Positions 1-9,197 of a stretch of DNA of 64,000 nt are shown here, in pieces. Location: contig CAVQHD010000001.1 in the NCBI GenBank assembly GCA_963712275.1, positions 1,088,001-1,152,000 of the forward strand. Reading direction: 5' to 3'. The stretch's first letter is position 1, and every line of letters begins with the position of its first letter. The notes below the pieces were generated by a model. It saw only the letters and a list, made by a program, of their open reading frames with translations, was not told the origin of the DNA and made no database searches. Made by a program: the position numbers and the translations under genes. This DNA comes from an uncultured Rhabdochlamydiaceae bacterium. GTDB taxonomy: Bacteria; Chlamydiota; Chlamydiia; Chlamydiales; Rhabdochlamydiaceae.

Positions 1-769
1 AATTTGCTGGGATTAGGTCAAACATCACCCCAGCTCCAAGTGAAATGTCAAAGAATAACTTAACTTGTCTCATTTGTTCTGCATTCGAGACATCCACAGA
101 AGAAGCGATATATTCCTGGATAAAAAAGTGGTCTGAAAGGGCCTCTTCTAGGTTATAAATCTTGGCGATGGGAAGGTTAAGATTGCAAGCCTGGCGATAA
201 TTTTGGCTTGCATTTTTGATAAATGAGTTCAGACTTTTTTCATTAAATCCGCTTTTGTTTCCTCCATGGAAGGCTTTCAAAACAAGGTTCTCATTTGGAA
301 TGGAAGGGATTAACGAATGGAGCCCTTCAATTCGGTAGACATTTGAATACGATCCTTGGGCGATCTGCTGGACGCGAAACATTTCTTGTGTCGGACGGGT
401 CAAATATCCGCCTGTTAAATCTTTATGGAGCGTCTCATAAGGGGATCGTACTTTGACAATTGGTATTTTTCTAGGAGTTGGAGGAGGCGCCTCTTGAAGT
501 TTTGATTTTTTTGTTGGACTAGAGGCTTCAGGATTATTAAGAAAAGGGAATGGTAACGGGCGCTTATATCCTCCTTGAGGAGATGGGGGAGGTGGAAGAG
601 AATCGATATGTGCGGCGATGGAAGGGGTTGGGCGGGGCCGCTGTGTGACTTGGGCCACCTTTGCGAGCGCTTCATTCAGTTTTTGAAGCTCTCTTGGCTT
701 TTTGGTCGGGCTGCGGGAGGTCGGAAGATCTGTCGTCGTGGATGTTTCAAATTGAGTATTTATTGCCAT
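1..769 (-). CDS. Partial protein-kinase-like protein with a Pro/Ser/Thr-rich N-terminus (runs off the left edge; absent from the ORF track)
   Basis: Hand translation from the ATG at 769 is open to the edge (256 aa). Motifs IAQGSYSNVY (Gly loop), LVLKAF (Lys), FIQEYI (hinge) and FDLIPAN (catalytic-loop-like) occur in kinase order. Confidence 0.65.
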   Translation of the reverse strand, partial: MAINTQFETSTTTDLPTSRSPTKKPRELQKLNEALAKVAQVTQRPRPTPSIAAHIDSLPPPPSPQGGYKRPLPFPFLNNPEASSPTKKSKLQEAPPPTPRKIPIVKVRSPYETLHKDLTGGYLTRPTQEMFRVQQIAQGSYSNVYRIEGLHSLIPSIPNENLVLKAFHGGNKSGFNEKSLNSFIKNASQNYRQACNLNLPIAKIYNLEEALSDHFFIQEYIASSVDVSNAEQMRQVKLFFDISLGAGVMFDLIPAN

Positions 770-919
770 AATAATTTTATCCTTGTTTTTGACAAAGTAT
801 ATAACTGTTTTCATTTAAAATAAAATGAAATAAAAAACTAAATAGTAACAAAAGTTTTACTATTAAAGTATTTAATTTTGATTGTTGATAACCCCAAGAT
901 TTTGGATAATTCCTCGAAT

Positions 920-1837
920 ATGTCTTCATGGATATACTCATTTTTACTGCTCGTTCTCGCCGGGTGTCATTCGCTTCAGCTGCCGCCAGGCGAGCAGCAG
1001 GTGGTAATTCCTGCTTTTGAGCCAAAAAAACCGATCCATATCGCTCTTGTATTGGGTGGCGGTGGAGTGAAGGGGCTTGCTCACTTGGGGGCAATTGAGG
1101 AGCTAGAAAATGCAGGGATTCGACCCGATTTAATCATTGGGTGCAGCGCGGGGGCAATTGCAGGGGCAGTTTACGCAGACCAACCAACGCTGGAAGGGAC
1201 TGCCCAAACCTTTATCCCTTTAAAACGAGCTGATCTTTTCGACTATTCGTTCTTTAGACCTCTCTTTGGAATTGTCGAGGGAAACTCTCTTCAAGCTTTC
1301 ATGAATAAAACATTGCATGCGAAGAGTTTTGAAGAACTGAAGATTCCTCTGATTCTTGTAGCAACAGACTTGATAACAGGAGAAACAGTTGAGATCTCAA
1401 GTGGCGAGCTTCCAAGGGCTGTTCGAGCTTCCTGCGCTTTTCCAGGTCTTTTTAAACCTGTCCTCCTCTATGGACGTTATCTAGTGGATGGAGCCGTCTC
1501 TTCCCCTGTTCCTGTGAGTATTGCCAAAAAGTATGGAGCCGAGATTGTCATTGCAATTGACCTCAATGAAAAGCTATCCAAAGTCTCTCCAAGGCATCTT
1601 TTAGGGGTGACAAAGCGGAGTCTAGAGATCTCTTATCAAAAGTTCGGAGAGTTATCACTATCGCAAGCAGATATTATCATCAAAATGGATTTTGACGAGG
1701 TGGGGCTGTTTTCAGATCACTTAAACAAGCGGTTGTATGAGCATGGACGTAGGGCCGCTCGAAAAGAACTTCCTGGAATCATTCTTAAGCTTTCAAATTC
1801 TTCTTCTTGTACAGATAAAAGAGAAAAAGAGGGCTAA
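920..1837 (+). CDS. Patatin-like phospholipase, probable lipoprotein
   Basis: GGGGVKG, GCSAG and DGA patatin motifs. The ATG at 920 gives a signal peptide ending in lipobox LAGC. Confidence 0.9.
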   Translation: MSSWIYSFLLLVLAGCHSLQLPPGEQQVVIPAFEPKKPIHIALVLGGGGVKGLAHLGAIEELENAGIRPDLIIGCSAGAIAGAVYADQPTLEGTAQTFIPLKRADLFDYSFFRPLFGIVEGNSLQAFMNKTLHAKSFEELKIPLILVATDLITGETVEISSGELPRAVRASCAFPGLFKPVLLYGRYLVDGAVSSPVPVSIAKKYGAEIVIAIDLNEKLSKVSPRHLLGVTKRSLEISYQKFGELSLSQADIIIKMDFDEVGLFSDHLNKRLYEHGRRAARKELPGIILKLSNSSSCTDKREKEG

Positions 1838-3167
1838 GCGTCAAAAGATTGCCAAGGCAGATCATCAATAAATAACGGATAGGTCCTCCGGTTTCGATGT
1901 TCTCCGGCGGGAAAAAACTGACCATAATCGTGACTAAACACCCGAACAAACCAACAAGAGCTGTGGCCCACATTCCCCACCCTTTTCCAGGGATTTTGAA
2001 AGAAGAAGGCCGATTGGAATGAGTATAATGCAATCGGAGGGCGGCACAGAACATTAAAACATACATAATCATATAAAGTTCTGTACTTAGAGCTGTGAGG
2101 AACCAGTAGAAGCCGTTCACGCTCGGCACGAGCAGAAAGATAAGGCAGAAAAGGGAGACTAAAACAGCTTGCGCTAGAAGAATGTTAAAGGCGACGCCGG
2201 CTCGATTTTTTCGTGAGAAGAAGGGAGGTAAAAAACCGAACTCTGCAGCATGAAGGAGCCCTTTAGCAGGAGAAATGAGCCAGTTAATCATGGTTCCAAT
2301 CGCTCCAATCGTAATAAAAAGTGTTAAAATAGGCATCAGTGGCTTAAGGCCAAAAGCGCAGAAAAAGTTATTGAAAACTTGCATCACCCCTGAAACTAGA
2401 CTGATTTCTTTTTCAGGTAAGACGGAGGCAATGGAAAGAGAGCCAAGCGTCATGGAAAGAAAGATGAATATAACTGCAATAAGCACAGCTCTGGGAAAGT
2501 TTTTTTGGGGCTGATGAATCTCTTTAACATGAACACCTGAAAGCTCTACCCCTACAAAAGAAGCCATAATTGCAATTAAAGAAATCCAATTTGTCGAATG
2601 TGTCAAGGAAGGGATGAGCGGCATCGTGCTTAAGTGAATCTGAAGGGGTTTGCCGGTCAAGAACCAAATAAATCCCAAAATGATCAAAAGAATCATCGGC
2701 AAGATCATTCCCATTGTCGCGCAGATATTATTAATGAGCGCCGAAATATGAAGCCCTTTGAGGTTGATAAGCGTCAGCCCCCAGAAAATGGTCAAAATGC
2801 ACGAGATCAGGTAGACTTTATTTTGAGCTAAATCAGGGTTGATCAAGTAGGCCAAGGTTCCTGCTACGAAGGAGAGCATTGTCGGGTACCAAACCATCGT
2901 GTTGATCCACTGCAGCCAAATAGCAGCCATTGCCCATTTTTGACCAAAAGCCATCAGAACCCAATGGTAGACGCCTCCCTTATCTGGGAATGCTGCAGAG
3001 AGTTCTGCTGCGACGAGGGAAGTTGGGATCAGAAAAACGATGGCAGAAAAGATAAAGAAAAAAATCAAGGCGGTGCCAAAAAGGGCTGCAGCCGGTAAAT
3101 TTCTGATATTATCGATTGCTGCGATAATCAGAATAATGAGAGAGAAGAAAGAAATTTTTTTTGTCAT
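1785..3167 (-). CDS. APC-family amino acid permease (GadC-like)
   Basis: About 12 hydrophobic segments with AELSAAFPDKGGVYHWV and GVELSG...PQKNFPRA motifs. Confidence 0.9.
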   Translation of the reverse strand: MTKKISFFSLIILIIAAIDNIRNLPAAALFGTALIFFFIFSAIVFLIPTSLVAAELSAAFPDKGGVYHWVLMAFGQKWAMAAIWLQWINTMVWYPTMLSFVAGTLAYLINPDLAQNKVYLISCILTIFWGLTLINLKGLHISALINNICATMGMILPMILLIILGFIWFLTGKPLQIHLSTMPLIPSLTHSTNWISLIAIMASFVGVELSGVHVKEIHQPQKNFPRAVLIAVIFIFLSMTLGSLSIASVLPEKEISLVSGVMQVFNNFFCAFGLKPLMPILTLFITIGAIGTMINWLISPAKGLLHAAEFGFLPPFFSRKNRAGVAFNILLAQAVLVSLFCLIFLLVPSVNGFYWFLTALSTELYMIMYVLMFCAALRLHYTHSNRPSSFKIPGKGWGMWATALVGLFGCLVTIMVSFFPPENIETGGPIRYLLMICLGNLLTLSPLFLFYLYKKKNLKA

Positions 3168-3170
3168 TAA

Positions 3171-3914
3171 CTACTCCCTAAAAATGAGGCCTGCAGCTTT
3201 CCCGACCTTCTCTAGAGTGACGGCGAAGTTTTTCAGGGGAGTGTCGTTTGGAATGGGCTGATTTGGAACAATGAACGCCTGGGTCTTGACGGTATTTCCT
3301 TTTTTAGCTCGAAGAACCTTGAAATAGTGGGTCGGAACTGCGACGTCATTGGGTCCAATTACCTCATATTGAACATACCGTTTTCCATTGTTCTTTTCTT
3401 GGGGAAGGAAAAGGGGACCTGTGATCACATAAACGACATCATAAGATTGGGTCAGATTTCGAGCATGTTTTTCAAGTTTAAGCCAATAGTTTCGATTAAG
3501 GTGTGGATTCTGAGGTGTGATGTTAGATAAGTAAAAGGTTTCGCGCATGGCCTCTGGGCTTGATCGTGCATCTGCTGCAGGGGAGAGATGCCCTCTATCA
3601 AATCCCGATCCTTTGAAGTCTTTTTGAGTTGCCCTGAGAAGAGGGGGGATTTTAGGGTCTTCCATGAAGTCAAAATGAGATCGATCTGCTATGCCGTCTA
3701 AGGAAGAGGCCGTCAGCTTTTCATATACCCAACTCGCTCCCCGTATTCGACCGTCATAGGCTAATGTATAGCTGTCTCGCTCAAGCATGGTGCTCGGTTC
3801 AGGTTGAAAAAGAGAAGGAGCTTGAGAGAAAACAGGCGATGATTCTTCACCTGTGTGCTTAGTGCAGCCGTAGAGAATGAGTATCCCGATGATAAAAAGC
3901 CTTCTTAAATGCAT
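3171..3914 (-). CDS. DNA/RNA non-specific endonuclease (NucA/EndoG family), probable lipoprotein
   Basis: FDRGHLSPAAD, FYLSNITPQ and VPTHYFK motifs; lipobox LYGC. Confidence 0.92.
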   Translation of the reverse strand: MHLRRLFIIGILILYGCTKHTGEESSPVFSQAPSLFQPEPSTMLERDSYTLAYDGRIRGASWVYEKLTASSLDGIADRSHFDFMEDPKIPPLLRATQKDFKGSGFDRGHLSPAADARSSPEAMRETFYLSNITPQNPHLNRNYWLKLEKHARNLTQSYDVVYVITGPLFLPQEKNNGKRYVQYEVIGPNDVAVPTHYFKVLRAKKGNTVKTQAFIVPNQPIPNDTPLKNFAVTLEKVGKAAGLIFRE

Positions 3915-4002
3915 GAAAAGAGTCTACCCCTCTCTGACCTTTATCACCAAGAAAAATTTGGTTTCTAAAAAAGGAGGAAATAGGAACAATGCACACATCA
4001 TA

Positions 4003-4179
4003 GGGGGTACATAGTCAAAAGGTGTAGTTATAAAGCTGTAGATAAAAAATGCCTCACCACAGAGACACCGAGGAAGATGAGGTTGCACAGAGTGGAGAAC
4101 AATCCTCTGTGCAACCTCATCTTCCTCGGTGTCTCTGTGGTGAGGCATTTCTTCTCCCAACCGTTTGACTATATACCCC
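4003..4179. mobile_element. Palindromic miniature element, family P1 (CACCACAGAGACAC core, outer shell A), tandem copy 1
   Basis: Outer inverted repeat GGGGTACATAGTCAAA...TTTGACTATATACCCC encloses a perfect inner stem, AAATGCCTCACCACAGAGACACCGAGGAAGATGAGGTTGCACAGAG and its complement. Confidence 0.85.
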
Positions 4180-4184
4180 GTATA

Positions 4185-4361
4185 GGGGATGCATAGTCAA
4201 AAGGTGTAGTTATAAAGCTGTAGATAAAAAATACCTCACCACAGAGACACCGAGGAAGATGAGGTTGCACAGAGTGGAGAACAATCCTCTGTGCAACCTC
4301 ATCTTCCTCGGTGTCTCTGTGGTGAGGTATTTCTTCTCCCAACCGTTTGACTATACACCCC
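4185..4361. mobile_element. Palindromic miniature element, family P1 shell A, tandem copy 2
   Basis: Near-identical direct repeat of 4003-4179 with a 182-bp period. Confidence 0.85.
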
Positions 4362-4378
4362 GTCATAGGAGATACAGA

Positions 4379-5050
4379 ATGAAACAGATATGGATGATAC
4401 TGATCACTCTACTTGCTTTTCAAATGCTGCGAGGGGATGAATTATTGATTATTGGAATCGCTGGAGGAACCGGCTCCGGTAAGACGACGCTTGCAAGGAA
4501 AATTCAAGAGGCTTTTCCAGGGCAGTCTATTTTAATTAGCCAAGACTCTTATTACAAAGATCTTTCAAAACTTTCGATCGAGGAGCGGGAAGCGGTGAAT
4601 TTTGACCACCCCGACTCTCTTGATTTTGACCTTTTAGCCCACCATTTACAAGAGCTCAAGAAAGGGAAGAGAATTCAAAAGCCAGTCTATAATTTTCAGA
4701 CGCATACGCGTGAACAACAGACAGAGCCGGTTTTTCCACATAGACTCATTATCATCGAGGGGATCCTGTTATTTTCTGTTCCGGAAGTCTGCAACCATTG
4801 CGACATTAAGTTTTTTGTTGATACAGATGATGATGTGAGACTCTTAAGACGCATTCAACGCGATATTCATGAGAGGGCTCGAACATTCGAAAGCGTTTGC
4901 ATCCAATATTTGACCACCGTCAAACCGATGCACGAGGCGTTTGTCCAGCCTAGCAAGAAGATGGCAGACTTAATCGTCCCTCGCGGAGGAGAAAACCAGA
5001 GGGCCTTAGAACTGATTATTTCTAAACTAAAAGAGGAAATTCAGAATTAA
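4379..5050 (+). CDS. udk: Uridine kinase
   Basis: IGIAGGTGSGKTT Walker A, QDSYYKD, NFDHPDSLD, IIEGIL and FVQPSKKMADLIVP motifs. The ATG at 4379 follows AGGAG; the longer start in the ORF track lies inside the repeat. Confidence 0.93.
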   Translation: MKQIWMILITLLAFQMLRGDELLIIGIAGGTGSGKTTLARKIQEAFPGQSILISQDSYYKDLSKLSIEEREAVNFDHPDSLDFDLLAHHLQELKKGKRIQKPVYNFQTHTREQQTEPVFPHRLIIIEGILLFSVPEVCNHCDIKFFVDTDDDVRLLRRIQRDIHERARTFESVCIQYLTTVKPMHEAFVQPSKKMADLIVPRGGENQRALELIISKLKEEIQN

Positions 5051-5342
5051 TGATGCGAAAAATGGTTTCTGTATTGGCAGTATCAGTGAGGTACTTTTTT
5101 CCGTCTGAGGATTCCAATTTCAGTCGCTCGATTTTATCGAGTAACTGACTAAATCCTTCATCTTCAATGAGTTTTTTCTTGAGTTCGGGCCAATAGCGGT
5201 TCGAATCAGAACTTTCTGTTAAGACACGAATAATATCGATAATCGAAAAAAACCACTCACCATTGTGAAAGACACGACGAATCTTTTTGTCCTCAAAAAC
5301 AATGAGCTTGTCTTGTGATTGGCCTACAGCGTTATCTACCAT
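5022..5342 (-). pseudogene. Truncated BRO-N (phage antirepressor-like) gene
   Basis: FEDKKIRRVFHNGEWFFSIIDII...SDGKKYLTDTANTETIFRII is BRO-N-like. The resemblance ends where the frame meets the udk stop codon. Confidence 0.7.
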
Positions 5343-5704
5343 AATGTAATCCTAAAATTACTGACGTTTTAATTTTTTTTCCGCAGATTCTTCAACAAGA
5401 AATTTGGTTTTGGCGGTAGTAAAAGCGAAAACTTTAACACGGAAGCACTAGAAAGTCAAATTTTTCCGTTCCTAAGAATCATGCAGATTCAAAAGTATTT
5501 TGTTACTTAAAGCCGACTTAACCAATCTTTTAAGGCAATAAAAATTAAAATTTTAATTTCTGTTTAGATACGTAGATAGATGGATAATTATCTTGAAGTA
5601 AGAGTTATTTCTGTGATAAAATTTGCCACAAATAATATGGCTATTAAACAATGCAATATGGATATCGAATAATTAGATTTTGATCAAACGAGGAGAATGA
5701 CCGG

Positions 5705-6970
5705 ATGGTATATCATGTTAATGCGTTTTTAGGAGGCGATGTCGAATCCATCATGCTCCATGCCTCTCCCAGAAACGGTATTTCTCAACCGATAGTCGGT
5801 CCTTCAATGTTCGACGTACTACCTCAAGAGTGTGTGGTTAAGATTTGTCACCGTGTCGGGGTTTTGGAGCTCCATCGCTTTGCCCCCCTCTGCCATCAGG
5901 CTCATTCGGCTGTGAAAGTTTATAAATTGCAACAGGCTCAAGTCTGGGGATATCAAGGCGAATCGTCTCAAGAAAGTTGTGATTATTTTAAAGAAATGAT
6001 TTTGGAGCTTAAATGTGTCGATCTTCCTTGGATTCGAGAACGCGAAGGTATTGACATCGTTATTGGGGCAGGAAGATATGAAGAAAAGATGGCTGTCCGG
6101 CTTCAGAGAAATCTTTCTACACTTGAAGCGTCTCTCCCAGAATTAATTTTTAAGCATTTTGAACTCAAATACATTTATTCTAAAACTCTAGAGAAAACAA
6201 GAAAATTTATCCTTAAACATGCGAGTTCGATTTTTAGAGATGAAAAGCATTTAATCAAGGATTATACCAACAAAATCACGGATGTTTTAATCAAAGCCGT
6301 CAAGCACCAAAGGCTTGACGTGATCGCATTCGCCTTAGAACAGGGCGCTGATTTGAATTTAATGATCCCTAAGAATGGAGTGCCTTGTCCCTCTGCTTTT
6401 CACGAGGCCATTATCAATCATGTCGGAGTTGAGATCATCACTTTCCTTCTTGAAAAAGGAGCTGATCTCCATTTGCAATATCAGGGGGAAACTCCTTTAT
6501 ACACCTTAGTCAGTATTGGTACAAGTGACCCAAAAACAGCCGCCATCGCTAGCCAGCTTTTGCTCTACGGCGCCGACCCTAACTTTCAAACGGCAAACGG
6601 AGAGAGTGTGCTCTGGGCAGCTGTGAAATGGCATCAAAACGGACCTCTGGGTGAAACAGTCAATGTCCTTTTAGCGCATGAAGTGGATGTTCATCAAACC
6701 AACCCAGCGGGATCCACACCGCTTCTTAAAGCTTTTGATGCCTGGGATGGTAATAAAATTGCCCTCCCTACTACTCTTCTTTCCCAAATTAAAATCATTT
6801 ACGCGCTGATCCGGAACGGCGCCCATCTGCGTGCCGTTAACAACCATGGGAATACCCCTTTATCGATCATGGGTCATATTGTCGCAGGATATACTATTAT
6901 ATCTTTCTTTCTGACGTCAGTATGTGTGTATTTCATAGTAGTAGCCAGTATCGCATACAACTTCCAATGA
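5705..6970 (+). CDS. F-box-like/ankyrin-repeat protein with C-terminal hydrophobic anchor (effector candidate)
   Basis: FDVLPQECVVKICHRV (F-box-like); ankyrin units such as LEQGADLN, LLEKGADLH..GETPLY, LLYGADPN and GSTPLL; hydrophobic C-terminal tail. Confidence 0.8.
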   Translation: MVYHVNAFLGGDVESIMLHASPRNGISQPIVGPSMFDVLPQECVVKICHRVGVLELHRFAPLCHQAHSAVKVYKLQQAQVWGYQGESSQESCDYFKEMILELKCVDLPWIREREGIDIVIGAGRYEEKMAVRLQRNLSTLEASLPELIFKHFELKYIYSKTLEKTRKFILKHASSIFRDEKHLIKDYTNKITDVLIKAVKHQRLDVIAFALEQGADLNLMIPKNGVPCPSAFHEAIINHVGVEIITFLLEKGADLHLQYQGETPLYTLVSIGTSDPKTAAIASQLLLYGADPNFQTANGESVLWAAVKWHQNGPLGETVNVLLAHEVDVHQTNPAGSTPLLKAFDAWDGNKIALPTTLLSQIKIIYALIRNGAHLRAVNNHGNTPLSIMGHIVAGYTIISFFLTSVCVYFIVVASIAYNFQ

Positions 6971-6992
6971 AACTGAATCCGTTAACAGCTTC

Positions 6993-7391
6993 TTAGGCCT
7001 TTTTCTTGAGCTTAAGGGCGACGGAATTGACGCAGTACCGTGTGCGGGAAGGCTTAGGGCCGTCATTGAAAAGATGGCCTAGGTGACCGCCACATCGGTG
7101 GCAAAGGACTTCGGTTCGCTTTGTGAAAAAACCGACGTCGTCTTTATATTCAATTGCTTCAGAATCAATCGGTTGAGTGAAGCTTGGCCACCCCGTTCCC
7201 GACTTAAATTTTGCCTCTGAGCTGAAGAGAGGCTCACCGCACCCTGCGCAGACATAGGTTCCATCTTCTTCACTATTCCAGTACTCGCCGGAGAAGGCTT
7301 TCTCCGTTTTTTTCTCTCTGAGCACGCGGTATTGCTCTGGTGTGAGCTTTTTCTTCCATTCTTTATCGGAACTGGGAGGTTTTCCTGCCAC
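6993..7391 (-). CDS. msrB: Peptide methionine sulfoxide reductase B
   Basis: LTPEQYRVLR, SGTGWPSF, GHLGHLFNDGP and RYCVNS motifs; two CxxC. Confidence 0.96.
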   Translation of the reverse strand: MAGKPPSSDKEWKKKLTPEQYRVLREKKTEKAFSGEYWNSEEDGTYVCAGCGEPLFSSEAKFKSGTGWPSFTQPIDSEAIEYKDDVGFFTKRTEVLCHRCGGHLGHLFNDGPKPSRTRYCVNSVALKLKKKA

Positions 7392-7552
7392 AAATCTTTA
7401 TCCTTTGTATAATTTAATATAAATCATTTTAATTAAAAAATACATTCTATTTATTAACTTATGATTATAAGTTAGTTATATTTTTACAATTAAAGTGGAG
7501 TGGAATTTTTTTATTGGATCATTTGGCAGCGTGAGGTAAAATTAGACCTCGT

Positions 7553-8188
7553 ATGGGAACACAAATCAGGCCTACTTCAGGTAAGGGAAATTTCTTTCCT
7601 CCTGTAGTTTCACCGAGGACTTCGAGAGTCGTCGAGGTCGCCTTAGTTGCCTTGGTCGCACTTGTGGGTTTAACCGTCATTTGGATGATTAGAAAAAGAA
7701 TCTATCAGCCTAGACCGCCTCCTCGGCTTCCTGAGGTGCCTCATCGTTTTCCAATGGTTATAGAGGATCCCCAAGCTGTGGACTTGCAGATGAATAAAAA
7801 TGGGTATCCTGAAAATTTGGTTGCCGCGCTTGGTGGGGTGGAAGCTTTTAACCAATACCCTGTCTTAGAAAGCGCCAAATGCAACCTCTGTGTTCGCAAA
7901 GAAGGGCTTAACCCTTATTTGAAGGTAGACTCTTCTAGCATGACACACCCCATCATGAGAGGAATGGATCCTCTAGGAAGACCTTTTATTTTAATTCGAA
8001 CGAAATATAAGAAATCTCAAAAAATTAGTGTCGATGTGATAATCTGTCGCGACATGAAAGAGAATCGTTGGTATTACAATGAGGCAGGATCGTATGAGAA
8101 TTTCCCTACTCCTGTGCTGAAAGGACAATTGTTATGGTTTATTCAGCAACTTATTGCCGGAGAGCATAATATTTTAGAACTTGTCTAG
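7553..8188 (+). CDS. Hypothetical protein with an N-terminal transmembrane helix
   Basis: 211-aa ORF with hydrophobic segment VVEVALVALVALVGLTVIWMI followed by a Pro-rich linker. Confidence 0.7.
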   Translation: MGTQIRPTSGKGNFFPPVVSPRTSRVVEVALVALVALVGLTVIWMIRKRIYQPRPPPRLPEVPHRFPMVIEDPQAVDLQMNKNGYPENLVAALGGVEAFNQYPVLESAKCNLCVRKEGLNPYLKVDSSSMTHPIMRGMDPLGRPFILIRTKYKKSQKISVDVIICRDMKENRWYYNEAGSYENFPTPVLKGQLLWFIQQLIAGEHNILELV

Positions 8189-9186
8189 CAAAGCACCAGT
8201 CGGTAGCGGGCTTTATTCTTCTTGATTTTGTCAATCGCTTCGTTAACTCGGGTCATGGGAAGAGTTTCCACTAAGGCTTTAATCTGATGCTGGGCGGCAA
8301 AGTGGAGCATTTCTCGCATGAGGTAGCGACTTCCTGTACCACTGCCGCAGATGGTGCGGTTTCCTGAGATCAAAAGGCGGGCTGGAATTTTGAGATCGGA
8401 GGGGGGAATCCCCACGAAACAAAGCTTTCCATGAGGCTTTAGAAGCTGTAGAAGGGCTGTCCACTCTAGGTCTGCATGGACTGTTGAGAGGATGAAATCA
8501 AATTGAGCTGGCATATTGGGTTTAAGGTCGGAAAGGAGAAGGAATTGATGGGCTCCAAATTCTCGAGCTTCCGCCTCTTTTTCTCGAGAGGTGGAGATTG
8601 CGGTGACTTCGCAGCCAAAGGCTTTGGCAAATTGAAGCGCTAAATGTCCAAGGCCTCCAATACCGATGATGGCAACTGATTGGGGCGCTTGCACTTGATA
8701 GAGTCGAAGAGGGGAATAGACGGTAATTCCCGCGCAAAGAAGAGGTGCTGCGCTTTTGGAATCGAGCTCAGGAGGAATCAGGTAGACGAACTCAGAGTTA
8801 ACAACGATCCGGTCTGCAAAGCCTCCCTGTCTATCGACACATGTTCGGATTTTAGATCTACACGAGGTTTCATCTCCTTTTAAGCAGCTATCGCAACTTA
8901 AACAGGCGTCGCATTGCCAACCCACCCCTACTCGATTTCCAACCTTGACTGTTTTGACCTCAGCTCCTGTTTTGAGGACCGATCCAATAATTTCGTGCCC
9001 AGGGACAAGGGGGTACTCAGAGATGTTCCAATCGTTATCAATGAGATGCACATCGCTGAAGCAGAGGCCGCAGCACTCAATTTGAATTTCTACGTCATGG
9101 GGATGAAGGGGAGGTGAAGGGTAATCATAAGGAATAAGCGGCTGCTTGGGGCCATGAGCTGCAAAAGCATGAATCATGACCTGCAT
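8185..9186 (-). CDS. Zn-dependent NADPH aldehyde reductase (CAD/Ahr family)
   Basis: CFSDVH, PGHE, four-Cys structural Zn site, APLLCAGITVY and GIGGLG motifs. Confidence 0.93.
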   Translation of the reverse strand: MQVMIHAFAAHGPKQPLIPYDYPSPPLHPHDVEIQIECCGLCFSDVHLIDNDWNISEYPLVPGHEIIGSVLKTGAEVKTVKVGNRVGVGWQCDACLSCDSCLKGDETSCRSKIRTCVDRQGGFADRIVVNSEFVYLIPPELDSKSAAPLLCAGITVYSPLRLYQVQAPQSVAIIGIGGLGHLALQFAKAFGCEVTAISTSREKEAEAREFGAHQFLLLSDLKPNMPAQFDFILSTVHADLEWTALLQLLKPHGKLCFVGIPPSDLKIPARLLISGNRTICGSGTGSRYLMREMLHFAAQHQIKALVETLPMTRVNEAIDKIKKNKARYRLVLC

Positions 9187-9197
9187 GATACGTTGTT

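Noticed and set aside
4003..4361. Possible CRISPR array
   Set aside because: Only two long near-identical units, with no unique spacers and no cas genes in the window.
3924..4366. Two similar short ORFs (78 and 65 aa) and the N-terminal extension of udk
   Set aside because: They are translations of the tandem P1 palindromes; udk has a good RBS and ATG at 4379.
5022..5342. Prophage
   Set aside because: Only an isolated BRO-N fragment; no integrase, structural or replication genes nearby.
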